From an uncultured Candidatus Poseidoniales archaeon (GTDB lineage: Archaea > Thermoplasmatota > Poseidoniia > Poseidoniales > CAYMED01): 64,000 nt of DNA. The stretch spans positions 39,163 to 103,162 of the forward strand of contig CAYMED010000003.1 in assembly GCA_964389655.1 (NCBI GenBank), read 5' to 3'. This document shows positions 38,432-47,784 of this stretch, piece by piece. The notes below the pieces were generated by a model, which did no database searches, had not been told where the DNA came from, and worked only from the letters and a program-made list of their open reading frames with translations. The translations under genes were made by a program, and so were the position numbers. How positions within the stretch are numbered: position 1 is the first letter of the stretch; every line of letters starts with the position of its first letter.

Positions 38432-41400
38432 TCAAGATCAATCACAGATCGAATTACGTCATCAGAAGTATTCGCTTGCTCTTGTATTTCTAAAGCCCAG
38501 CCGGTCATTTCTGCCGATAATAGGCCATCGAGGCGGCGTTTCTTTTGTAGACGGGCCCCCAATAGCCCAAGGGCACCAATAACAGCCATAATTGCAATTA
38601 CAATTGCAATCGCTGGTGAGGCAATGCTATTGGAAAGTACAGAACTCCACCCCTGACTAGCTGAAGAAACGCCTCGGATGGGGACGATAAGGTCTCGTGC
38701 ATCGAATTGGGCACCTGAAGTCGTGCCTAATGGGTCAATTGCCTGAACTGTAACGATGGAAGCGTCACAATCTATAGGAGGATAAAGAAGAATCACGGCG
38801 GTCCAATTCCCATCATTTTTGACATCATCTGGTGTTTTTCCATCATCTCGCATTTCCGTTTGAAGAGGTTCCATAGAACATGCTTCAATTTTGACAATGA
38901 CCGTATCAGTGGTATTGTCTGCATCAATCACTTTAGCGACAATGGTCATGTTTCCTTCAACGCCGCGCAATAACCGTTCAGGAGATGTAGAAATTAAATC
39001 AACAATTGGAGGGGCGTGTCGTATTGTAATATTGGCGTGAGCCTCATCACTATGCCCATCTTCATCTACCACGCGTAGGATAAATTGGTGTGTACCGGGG
39101 CCCAATTGGATATTGAGTGAAAGGACATCTCCAACGCGCTCAACATCACCTTCCTGCATCAATTCCCAAGAATAAGTGACGATGTTCCCATCAGCATCAG
39201 AAGAGGCAATTGCGGTCAAATTAATCGGTTCACCCGCCTCAACTGTCATCCTCAAGCATGTACCTTCAATGTCTGTCGCCGAACAAATCACGTCATTAGA
39301 ACTGGATATTCGAGCAATTGGAGGTGAGCCCTCAACAAATAAATCAAACACAGTGGAGCGGTTTCTACCAGTACTATCTTTCAACACAAACGTTAGTTGA
39401 TGTTCTCCGGATGACAACCAAACCTCATGAGATATTGACGGGTCTGCGGAAACAAGAAGGGGATTTGAGGAATGGTCGGAATAAAGGTCAAAGAGGAATA
39501 CATCATCATCTGGGTCAAAGCTCTGTCTTATATCAACAATAACTGAATTTACGGAGAGGTATGTGTTTTTTGATGTGGGAGAATCAATGATCAAAATGGG
39601 GGCCGAAGGAGAGACCATCACTTGGATACTGGAACTAAGGGTTCTCCCCGGTTCATCGATGCTGAGAGTGATTGTATGTTGCCCTGCAGACAGCCGTTTA
39701 CTCACCTCCCACTCAGTTGACAAAAGACCATCTAGATCGCTCTCCCACCGCACTGTCACTAGATCCCCTGATGCCACAAGGCTTGGAGAACAGATTGCAC
39801 CATCTGGTAAAGAAGAGCAAGGTGCGTCCCAGTCACCACTTCCTTGTGCTGAAAACATTATTTCAGTTGCTGAATCAGTCGCATGTCCATCCATAGGAGA
39901 ATGTATGACTGATTTTGCAGGGGTGTTGATCCGCTCAAGTTCAAACATGAGGGTATTTCCAAGACCAGAAGCGGCTGAACATGGGCCATCCACGGGAAGA
40001 AGACCATGGCCTTCATCCAATAGGCGGACCGAAACTGTGTTAACACCAGATGGCAAATATCCGGTCCAATTTACCACCTCCGCACCACCTTGTTTCAGAA
40101 CTCTCGTCTGGCCATCAACTACCGTCGACCAACACAATTGAAGTACGTCGCCCTCAGGATCCTGCAAATCAATTATCTCGAATATAACAGCATCTTCAGA
40201 AAGTGGCCCCGATGGCGTTAGAGAAAGTATGCCATTTGGCCATTCATTGAACAAGCGAATGGCACGTGTTATTTCAAGGGAGGGATTAACTGAATCGCTA
40301 ACAACAATTGAAAGTGCTACAATATCACCTGAATACTCCCTTAGCGAGAGATGAATGGAATAATTTATTGTGGATAATATTGATTCTTCCCTGTAGAGTT
40401 CTAATCCATCCCCATCCCTCATAACTAGGGTAAGTGGGTCATTTTCGGCATCACTAAGATTGAAAGTGAGATTAAGGTCATTGGTTCTATTGAGATGGAT
40501 CCACCCATCTGGCCGTACAGATGGATTTGTGTCAAGAGTTACTATTGGGGCAAGATTTCGTAATTCAATCGTTCGTGTTTCCTCTACAAAATGTATTCCA
40601 TCACTGATCCTCAAAGTGATCTGATGAATCCCATCAGAAAGTGGTGGACCATTTACATCATTGACAATGAAACGTGACCAAGCATACTGGGTTTGTGGAA
40701 CGGGATTACTAGCCGTCAAATCACCATCAATATCGCTGATCCATTGAAAGGTTAATTCATCTCCGTCAAGGTCCCATGAACCATTCGCCTCAAACAGAAT
40801 TTCTGCTCCGCTTCCATGTATTGAAGAGGTAATGGGGGATGCCCACTCAAGGAAAGGGGGTTGTTCACCTAATATTAGGGTGCAATGGGCAATTTCTGAT
40901 TGGGTGAGAGAAATGACTGATGTTGAATTTGTAGTGCCATCATAGGTACAATCCGACTGAAATGAAATTGGACCACTAGACCCAGAAACGGTCCATCGCT
41001 CACCAACCAAATTTAAGAATGTGAAACTACCAATGCTATTGGTCTGTCCATTTCTAGCAGCGTTAAGTGAATTACTAGGTAGAGTTAATTGTGCATTTGG
41101 AACTCTACGGTCATGTTGATTACGGACCCGCACCTCAAGGTCCCATTCCACATCAAGGCGCGAACTATCTGTGATGATGGCATTAGAAGCAAGAATACCT
41201 ATTGATCGATGAAGTGATATGATCGATGAACCAGATAGGTTGAGAGAATGGACACCCTTTGGATCTTCCCAGTCTGTCAATTGAACAATTGCATCACTGA
41301 AATTTGAAGGTGATGTGCATTCACTCACGCGGACATCAGTTGCCGTCAATGAATCATGCCCATCAATATTCAAGCAGCCACCTGATAATTCAGCATCAAC

Positions 41401-43251
41401 TAAAGTTGAAGAACCAGTTATCGAAGCACCATTCCCTCCACTCCAATTCATTCCCGAATGGTTCCCACGGATTTTGAGGCGTTCAATCCATGCACGGGCA
41501 TTCACAAGATCAACAGCAGGAGCTGTTGTTGAATTCATCTCAATCAAGGTGTCAAGAATATCAACGCGGCCACTACCTATGATAGCAGATTGATCAATAA
41601 TAATCCCTGAAGAGTCATTTTCAGGATTTCGCACTTCAGCACCTTCAAGAACTAAACCTGTGCTTCTTGAGGCTATGATACCACCCCACGCATCATTTGT
41701 GGAGTGGCAATTAACACAATGCACATTGCCTCGGTTTGTTGAGACTACCATGCTTCGCTCGAAGACAATTCCGGCACCATTTTGCGCATTTGTTGCATTC
41801 CACCCATTTCCATTTGTGGTGATGTCACTAAATGTTGTAAGGGATGCTGAACGAATTAACATTCCAGCACCTGCATTTGAAATTGCACTCAAGTTAGTGA
41901 TGGATGACTGAGTATCGTCGGCATGTAAGCCATGAAGGCCATTCGCTTCCACAACAGCGTGAGTCAGTATTGGGTTAGCCAACTGAAAATAAATTCCACT
42001 TCCATAAGACGCACGGACGGTGATGTGAGATAGTACTGCATCGGATGTGGAATGGGCATAAACGCCCACGGAATTATGAATTTGCGGAGAGGCGCGGCCT
42101 GCACGCTCAACAAGAAGATCCGATATTTGTGTGCCAATATCATTTCCAACCAACACCAATCCAGCTGCCGCGCTATCAAGGATTCGAACATCGCTTAGAG
42201 AAGCCCCTGTGTGGTTAATTTCGATTCCAGCCCTGCCCAAGCCCGGTTCAATAGAGGTGGATGTTCCAGTATCCTGTACTGTTAGATTGGTGAAATAACC
42301 GCGCGTCACTATGGTCGTATTCAGTGGATCTTCGCGGTCTGCTAAAATTCCCTGAAAGGTGCTATTTGAGATGATGCCATCCTTGGCTACAATAGCCATG
42401 GCCTCATCCTGATCAAAAATATAGAAACCACGTTCACTACGATCTATACGAAAACGCTCAAAAAATGGAGTTCCGCCTTCAATCCAAACCCCTGCTACTG
42501 CAACTGAATCGTGTCCCGTGATGTTTCTCACATTCAGATCCCTGATAACACCACCCATCCCTCCCCAAAAATTGAGCCCACGCAAACTTGCATTCTCAAT
42601 GTTGGCGCCTTCAATCAAGACAGATGAGCCGTTTCCAGCGGTAATGCCAATACCATAGTACCAATCACTAGTTGAGACCTTGGTGTGCATGATTCCAATA
42701 CGTCGAACATCTAAGTTTCGAATTGTGGCATGTCCACCATCATAGATATCAACACCGACTCGGTCTCCATCAAGAATTGTAACATTATCAAGAAGAATGT
42801 CGGCACCAAACAAGGTGACTGCATATTCTTGTTCAGAGATCGTTACATTGCGCAAAATGCTACCTTTCCCCCTTGCATCAGGGCGAAGAAGGATTCCGTC
42901 CCCGAATCCATTCCCGTCTGTCGAGAAAAATATAGGGTCCGCTACAGTTCCTTCTGCAACTAGCCTTCCAGAAATCTCAATTCGGCTATTTATTCCCATA
43001 GTTACATTAGCACTAGGAGAGATTCTCAATTCATCACTTGAATTTACGATCACTAATTGATTTTGAGAAATTGATACATTTCCCGTCCACATACTGGATG
43101 AGCGTGCACTAAATGCGATAAAATCGGGGCCATCTGAGTTATCTAGTTCCATGCGCAATGAACTTTGAGGGTCTGCGATAGAGATTACATGGAAGGCACT
43201 TTGGAGGACGAGGAGGGCGAGGATCAGGCACGGCAGCCGGGGCTGAATCAT
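38428..43251 (-). CDS. Large surface protein: right-handed beta-helix plus Ig/PKD repeats, C-terminal TM
   Basis: Signal peptide; AEGT..DPIFF and beta-helix repeats; S.D.DGD..W.SD.DG..G.H.ITL PKD units; MRDDG..D...NDG.WT; TM then KKRR. Confidence 0.85.
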   Translation of the reverse strand: MIQPRLPCLILALLVLQSAFHVISIADPQSSLRMELDNSDGPDFIAFSARSSSMWTGNVSISQNQLVIVNSSDELRISPSANVTMGINSRIEISGRLVAEGTVADPIFFSTDGNGFGDGILLRPDARGKGSILRNVTISEQEYAVTLFGADILLDNVTILDGDRVGVDIYDGGHATIRNLDVRRIGIMHTKVSTSDWYYGIGITAGNGSSVLIEGANIENASLRGLNFWGGMGGVIRDLNVRNITGHDSVAVAGVWIEGGTPFFERFRIDRSERGFYIFDQDEAMAIVAKDGIISNSTFQGILADREDPLNTTIVTRGYFTNLTVQDTGTSTSIEPGLGRAGIEINHTGASLSDVRILDSAAAGLVLVGNDIGTQISDLLVERAGRASPQIHNSVGVYAHSTSDAVLSHITVRASYGSGIYFQLANPILTHAVVEANGLHGLHADDTQSSITNLSAISNAGAGMLIRSASLTTFSDITTNGNGWNATNAQNGAGIVFERSMVVSTNRGNVHCVNCHSTNDAWGGIIASRSTGLVLEGAEVRNPENDSSGIIIDQSAIIGSGRVDILDTLIEMNSTTAPAVDLVNARAWIERLKIRGNHSGMNWSGGNGASITGSSTLVDAELSGGCLNIDGHDSLTATDVRVSECTSPSNFSDAIVQLTDWEDPKGVHSLNLSGSSIISLHRSIGILASNAIITDSSRLDVEWDLEVRVRNQHDRRVPNAQLTLPSNSLNAARNGQTNSIGSFTFLNLVGERWTVSGSSGPISFQSDCTYDGTTNSTSVISLTQSEIAHCTLILGEQPPFLEWASPITSSIHGSGAEILFEANGSWDLDGDELTFQWISDIDGDLTASNPVPQTQYAWSRFIVNDVNGPPLSDGIHQITLRISDGIHFVEETRTIELRNLAPIVTLDTNPSVRPDGWIHLNRTNDLNLTFNLSDAENDPLTLVMRDGDGLELYREESILSTINYSIHLSLREYSGDIVALSIVVSDSVNPSLEITRAIRLFNEWPNGILSLTPSGPLSEDAVIFEIIDLQDPEGDVLQLCWSTVVDGQTRVLKQGGAEVVNWTGYLPSGVNTVSVRLLDEGHGLLPVDGPCSAASGLGNTLMFELERINTPAKSVIHSPMDGHATDSATEIMFSAQGSGDWDAPCSSLPDGAICSPSLVASGDLVTVRWESDLDGLLSTEWEVSKRLSAGQHTITLSIDEPGRTLSSSIQVMVSPSAPILIIDSPTSKNTYLSVNSVIVDIRQSFDPDDDVFLFDLYSDHSSNPLLVSADPSISHEVWLSSGEHQLTFVLKDSTGRNRSTVFDLFVEGSPPIARISSSNDVICSATDIEGTCLRMTVEAGEPINLTAIASSDADGNIVTYSWELMQEGDVERVGDVLSLNIQLGPGTHQFILRVVDEDGHSDEAHANITIRHAPPIVDLISTSPERLLRGVEGNMTIVAKVIDADNTTDTVIVKIEACSMEPLQTEMRDDGKTPDDVKNDGNWTAVILLYPPIDCDASIVTVQAIDPLGTTSGAQFDARDLIVPIRGVSSASQGWSSVLSNSIASPAIAIVIAIMAVIGALGLLGARLQKKRRLDGLLSAEMTGWALEIQEQANTSDDVIRSVIDLD

Positions 43252-43392
43252 CTTAACTCACTTGATTGTGCAATACGGTCGTTTATGAGTGAATGGTAAC
43301 CCCGTGTCGGAAATAAGGTGCATAAATAGTGCCAAGAGATTGTCGGCACGATTTTGAACCTCACTCCTGTCGATGCTCATATTGGTGAAACG

Positions 43393-43626
43393 GTGAGTCT
43401 TGCTTTCGTCCTCATCAAAACGTTACCTGCAAGAGAACGAGAAGTCTACATCGCTTTGAGCCAGCTTCCGGAAATTGTAGAAGTTCATGCGCTATATGGT
43501 GAATTTGATCTGCTCGTTATGCTAAACACCGTTGATACAGAGAACCTCACGAAAGTCTTACTACTGCGTCTTCGCCAAATTGAAGGTGTTCGAGATACAC
43601 AAACAATGATAGCAGTGGATTATTGA
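43393..43626 (+). CDS. Stand-alone Lrp/AsnC ligand-binding (RAM) domain protein 1
   Basis: AFVLIK, LYGEFDLLV, LRQIEGVRDTQTMI; no HTH; GTG 43393 follows GGTGA. Confidence 0.85.
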   Translation: MSLAFVLIKTLPAREREVYIALSQLPEIVEVHALYGEFDLLVMLNTVDTENLTKVLLLRLRQIEGVRDTQTMIAVDY

Positions 43627-43634
43627 GGGATATT

Positions 43635-43868
43635 ATGACTACCGGATTCATCTTAATTATCACACAAACGGGATTTGAAAGTCGTGTTAGAGGAGCATTA
43701 GATGAAATTGAACTTGTTGTCGGAAGGTGGGGGCTTTTCGGAGAGTTTGACTTACTCGCCAGAATTGAAGCTGAAGGGACAGAAGCATTAACGCGGTGCA
43801 TTGTAGAAGAGATTCGGATGATCGAAGGGATTGTCGATACAAGAACACTTATCGGCGCCGAGATCTAA
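43635..43868 (+). CDS. Stand-alone Lrp/AsnC ligand-binding (RAM) domain protein 2
   Basis: GFILII, LFGEFDLLA, IRMIEGIVDTRTLI; ATG 43635 follows GAGGGA. Confidence 0.85.
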   Translation: MTTGFILIITQTGFESRVRGALDEIELVVGRWGLFGEFDLLARIEAEGTEALTRCIVEEIRMIEGIVDTRTLIGAEI

Positions 43869-45987
43869 GCATATCGCTAATTTTCACCCTCAATGCAGAA
43901 GCGGCTTTGACGCATCCAGCACTAGCATAACGTGAATGAGATTCAGACCAAGCATATTCTGTTCTCTTCGCATCTAATTTACCGATCCAATACCATGCAG
44001 ATGCGCCAATTCTTTGGGCATGCGAACCACCACCCACCACAAGGGAGAGAACATGCTCTGGCGCATGCTCCCCTAACGCATCAACATCAAGTCCAAGCAA
44101 CAATAACGACAATGATGCTTTTCGGTACGGATGTTGTGCCACTTGATAGGCTTTCATGAGGGCTGCCTTAGCTGTTGATTCAGATGCAGCTACCGCAGCC
44201 CTCGCGACGAGTTCAAGGACAAGAGGGTCATCATGACCGCCAAGTTCGCCAAGTCGCTGGCGCAATAGATCTGCTTGTGAAAAATCCTTGCGCAAAAGTG
44301 CAAATGCATGCTTTAGCATGGCTAAAGAAATTGTGATTGTCGGATCTCGGTCATCGCGTCCAACTTTTTTCTCAAGAGAAGAAATTGCCAATTCACTGAT
44401 TATCGAGTCATATTCAAGCGGCTCATCCGGCAAGTGGTCTGCCAGAAGTAGGCTTGAATATGCAATTGATTCTCGCAATTCTTCAACCGGCGAAAGTAAC
44501 TTACACAACGCACGATGAGACTCATCGGAGCGTTCATGGTCCCCTTGAATCCTTGCAATCCGCCTCTCACATCGGTGGCGGTCGAGGCTATCGAGTGCAC
44601 CTAATTTAGCCTCTGCCAACTCAACCAACCCCAATTCTAGTTGTGCCTCAACAACAAATTTCGTACCGCCATCAATATCCTCTAACTGGTTCATAGCACT
44701 CAATATTGCACCGGGCCTTTCAGAGATCAAATTACGGCCCTCCTCTGAAAGGAAATTTACTGCAGAAGAGGGGTCTGAATGAGCAAGGTGGTGCAAACGC
44801 AATTCAGAGCGAGCAATATCGCCGTCTCTCAACGAATGGTATTCTGCCAATTCTCGGTGCCTTTTTATGGAATATTCAGCAGACATTTGAGATAGATGTA
44901 CGTCAACAACCAAGGCCGCTAAAGATACATTATCACCCACGACACGAAGAATTGCTCGTTCATCGAGTTCTGGTAAAGCCTCAATTCCAGCCACCAAATG
45001 CGAAGGGATGCTCCCTGGTCCAAGGGCTAATTCATCTAGAGCATCTAGCGCTAAACCACCGATATGGTCGAGAACATTCTCTCTAACCCAAGATGATAAA
45101 TCAGTAGATGATGCATCTTCGATTGATTGCAGGCGCAATCCAAGTGGATGGCCACCAACTGTCGAATATATACGCTGACGAGTTTTCACATCAAAATTAG
45201 GTCCGAGAACGAGATCAGAAGCGCTAGATTCTAATTCATGCACACGTAGTTTTGGCATAGAATACGGACTGGGAGAACGGGAAATTAAGAGCAAAGGGGT
45301 ATTTATTTCAGAGGACCAATTCCGTAGGCGATCATCGAACTGGGCACGCAGGTCTTTGGGAAGACGTTCAGCGTTGTCGAGTACTAATAGAGAGCCACCG
45401 GGAGAAGAAGAAAGAGATGCACACTTCTGGAGAAGGCCATCTAAACTACGAATGTCTATTTCATTCGAAAACCATTCCCTAGCAAGGGTATTCCAGTCTG
45501 CATTTATATCGGCATTAGCCCAGTGCACTCTCTTTCCCGTTACGGCAATTTGTTCAGCAACTACCCGTCCTAGGGCCGTGCGGCCAATTCCTGCCAACCC
45601 AACTAGATGAACAAGGCGTTTCTCGTGGAGGTGAATCCGAATATCCTCAATGATTGTTGAGCGGCCATATATTTTGACAAGCGGGGGTGCATTGCCGTGG
45701 ATAATTGCTGTATCAGGGGGGGCTTGTCCTAATTCTGACCGGCCCATTTCAGTGATGTGAAACACTACTCGACGTCGACCGCCAAGCCCAATCACATGCG
45801 CTTTTCTACTCTGTATGTACTTGCCCTCTTCTAGGCGCTTAATGGGATCATGTAATGCCGCTCGACTTACACTAAGTGCTTCAGAGATCCCTGGTTGAGA
45901 TAAACTTCGAGGCACGTCCCATGCTGAAATCAAGGACCCCTCATGGGAAGCGAGGTGCGCAAGAATCCGCCCTGCCAGCCCTTCCAT
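43849..45987 (-). CDS. wHTH + STAND/NB-ARC-like NTPase + helical repeat protein (putative regulator)
   Basis: SQPGISEALSVSRA HTH; IYGR; GLAGIGRT Walker A; LLVLDNAE Walker B; ISR; GGHPLGL (GxP). Confidence 0.75.
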   Translation of the reverse strand: MEGLAGRILAHLASHEGSLISAWDVPRSLSQPGISEALSVSRAALHDPIKRLEEGKYIQSRKAHVIGLGGRRRVVFHITEMGRSELGQAPPDTAIIHGNAPPLVKIYGRSTIIEDIRIHLHEKRLVHLVGLAGIGRTALGRVVAEQIAVTGKRVHWANADINADWNTLAREWFSNEIDIRSLDGLLQKCASLSSSPGGSLLVLDNAERLPKDLRAQFDDRLRNWSSEINTPLLLISRSPSPYSMPKLRVHELESSASDLVLGPNFDVKTRQRIYSTVGGHPLGLRLQSIEDASSTDLSSWVRENVLDHIGGLALDALDELALGPGSIPSHLVAGIEALPELDERAILRVVGDNVSLAALVVDVHLSQMSAEYSIKRHRELAEYHSLRDGDIARSELRLHHLAHSDPSSAVNFLSEEGRNLISERPGAILSAMNQLEDIDGGTKFVVEAQLELGLVELAEAKLGALDSLDRHRCERRIARIQGDHERSDESHRALCKLLSPVEELRESIAYSSLLLADHLPDEPLEYDSIISELAISSLEKKVGRDDRDPTITISLAMLKHAFALLRKDFSQADLLRQRLGELGGHDDPLVLELVARAAVAASESTAKAALMKAYQVAQHPYRKASLSLLLLGLDVDALGEHAPEHVLSLVVGGGSHAQRIGASAWYWIGKLDAKRTEYAWSESHSRYASAGCVKAASALRVKISDMLRSRRR

Positions 45988-46039
45988 ATTTGCAGAAAAC
46001 ATGCATGGGTTGATGTGGCTTCGGGAAGCGTGTGCAAGT

Positions 46040-47773
46040 ATGCCTGTAGATCTCAACAGCCTAGATCTACCGGCCGGCCCTGGCGTTTACCTCTTCAAAA
46101 ATCATGCTGGACGCGTGTTATATGTTGGAAAAGCAACAGATCTACAAACAAGGGTTAGAGCATATTTCTCGCCATCACCCGACCGAAAAATGGTGCCAAT
46201 CCTATTACAAGAATCTGATTGGATTGATTGCATCGTCACGCCGACAGCATCTGATGCGCTAGTGCTTGAGCGTGAACTAATACGTGAGCATAGGCCACGA
46301 CACAATTCAATGCTAAAAGATGACAAATCATACCCTTGGATTGCACTAACAAAACATGCAATACCAAGATTGCAATACACAAGAAACCCTCCTCCAAACT
46401 CAAGACTCTGGGGGCCATTTCCAGATGCAGGAAGTGCTAAGAAACTGGTACAATTATTGCGGCGAGAGTTTGGCCTAAGGGATTGCAATGAATTGCTTGA
46501 ACAAGGATGCCTTTCAATGCATATAGGATTGTGCTCAGCACCATGCATCAATGACTCCGGATATCTAGATGACGTCAATGCTGCCGCCGCAGTATTAGAT
46601 GGCAATGCTAAAGTAATCAAAGAAAGCTTACTCAAAGAGATGGATGCGGCAGCAGATTTACTAAATTTTGAGCGCGCAGCGGTATTGAGAGATACAATCG
46701 CAAAAATTCAGAGAATGCTGTCACAGAATGTTGTTTCTTCGAAGTTTTATCAGGAATGTGATGCAATGGGGATTGCAACCGCGGGAGATCTAGCAGTTGT
46801 AAGTATCTTACATGCCAACAACTGCGTAGTAGGGGGGAAAACAGACCATGTTCTAAGGCATAGTGGCGATGATGTTGAGACATTTGAACGGTGTATAGAT
46901 GCACACTATGAGGCGCTGATCCCCCCACCCCTTGTTCTTCTTCCAGCAATTATTAGTGCTGAGATAAAAGATGAATTAAGCATCAAAAGGGGTTCAAGTG
47001 TCGAGATTCGAATACCGCGAAAAGGAGATTTAGCAATCCTGCGCAAACTAGCTGACCAAAATGCTCAGGTGAGATTGGAGAGGGCCATACGGAGGCATCC
47101 AAGTAATGATCCCGTAGCTGCAGCAAAGGAATGTGCTGAAGCACTTGATTTAGAGTCCCTCGAGAGACTTGTTTGTTTTGATTTAGCGCAGTTACAGGGC
47201 ATTGAGCGTGTGGGGGCTTCAATCGAATATCATCATGGAAAGCCAGAAAAGGCGATGTATAGGAAATTTACAATTCGATCTGACGCATTAGACGACCTTT
47301 CTATGATGCGTGAAATGGTTGGACGGTGGCTCAATCATCAATCAGAATATCCTGATTTGATGTTAATTGATGGAGGTAAAACACATCTCAAAATAATCTA
47401 TGAGTTGCTGCAAGAAAAGGGATTGAGTGACCGAATCCCTCTAGGTGCACTGGCAAAAAAAGAGGAAATACTCCACAGAGTGGGATACGACCCATGGAAG
47501 GTCGATAAGAGGGGACGAATTCTCATCATGGCAAGGGATGAAGCACATCGTTTCACAAATCACCATCACCGTACACGGAGGAAAAGAAGGCATCTGAAAG
47601 ATCCATTATCCGAAATTCTCGGATTAGGTCCAAAGCGGCAGCGAAATTTGCTACGTGCGCTGGGGGGAAGATCAGGAATCGAAAAAGCAGGCATAGAACA
47701 ACTTAGTCGTGTAGAGGGAATTGGCAAAGAACTTGCTGCAAGAATCTATCAGCATATTCACCCTAAAAGATGA
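46040..47773 (+). CDS. uvrC: Excinuclease ABC subunit C
   Basis: GVYLF..YVGKA GIY-YIG, LKDDKSYP, CSAPC, FERAA.LRD, PDLMLIDGG, RDEAHRF, C-terminal HhH. Confidence 0.96.
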   Translation: MPVDLNSLDLPAGPGVYLFKNHAGRVLYVGKATDLQTRVRAYFSPSPDRKMVPILLQESDWIDCIVTPTASDALVLERELIREHRPRHNSMLKDDKSYPWIALTKHAIPRLQYTRNPPPNSRLWGPFPDAGSAKKLVQLLRREFGLRDCNELLEQGCLSMHIGLCSAPCINDSGYLDDVNAAAAVLDGNAKVIKESLLKEMDAAADLLNFERAAVLRDTIAKIQRMLSQNVVSSKFYQECDAMGIATAGDLAVVSILHANNCVVGGKTDHVLRHSGDDVETFERCIDAHYEALIPPPLVLLPAIISAEIKDELSIKRGSSVEIRIPRKGDLAILRKLADQNAQVRLERAIRRHPSNDPVAAAKECAEALDLESLERLVCFDLAQLQGIERVGASIEYHHGKPEKAMYRKFTIRSDALDDLSMMREMVGRWLNHQSEYPDLMLIDGGKTHLKIIYELLQEKGLSDRIPLGALAKKEEILHRVGYDPWKVDKRGRILIMARDEAHRFTNHHHRTRRKRRHLKDPLSEILGLGPKRQRNLLRALGGRSGIEKAGIEQLSRVEGIGKELAARIYQHIHPKR

Positions 47774-47784
47774 GGAATGCTGGT

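Noticed and set aside
39563-40141. 192-aa antisense ORF (likewise 46102-46635, 55840-56343, 60594-61079)
   Set aside because: Each lies opposite a well-supported gene and has typical shadow-frame composition.
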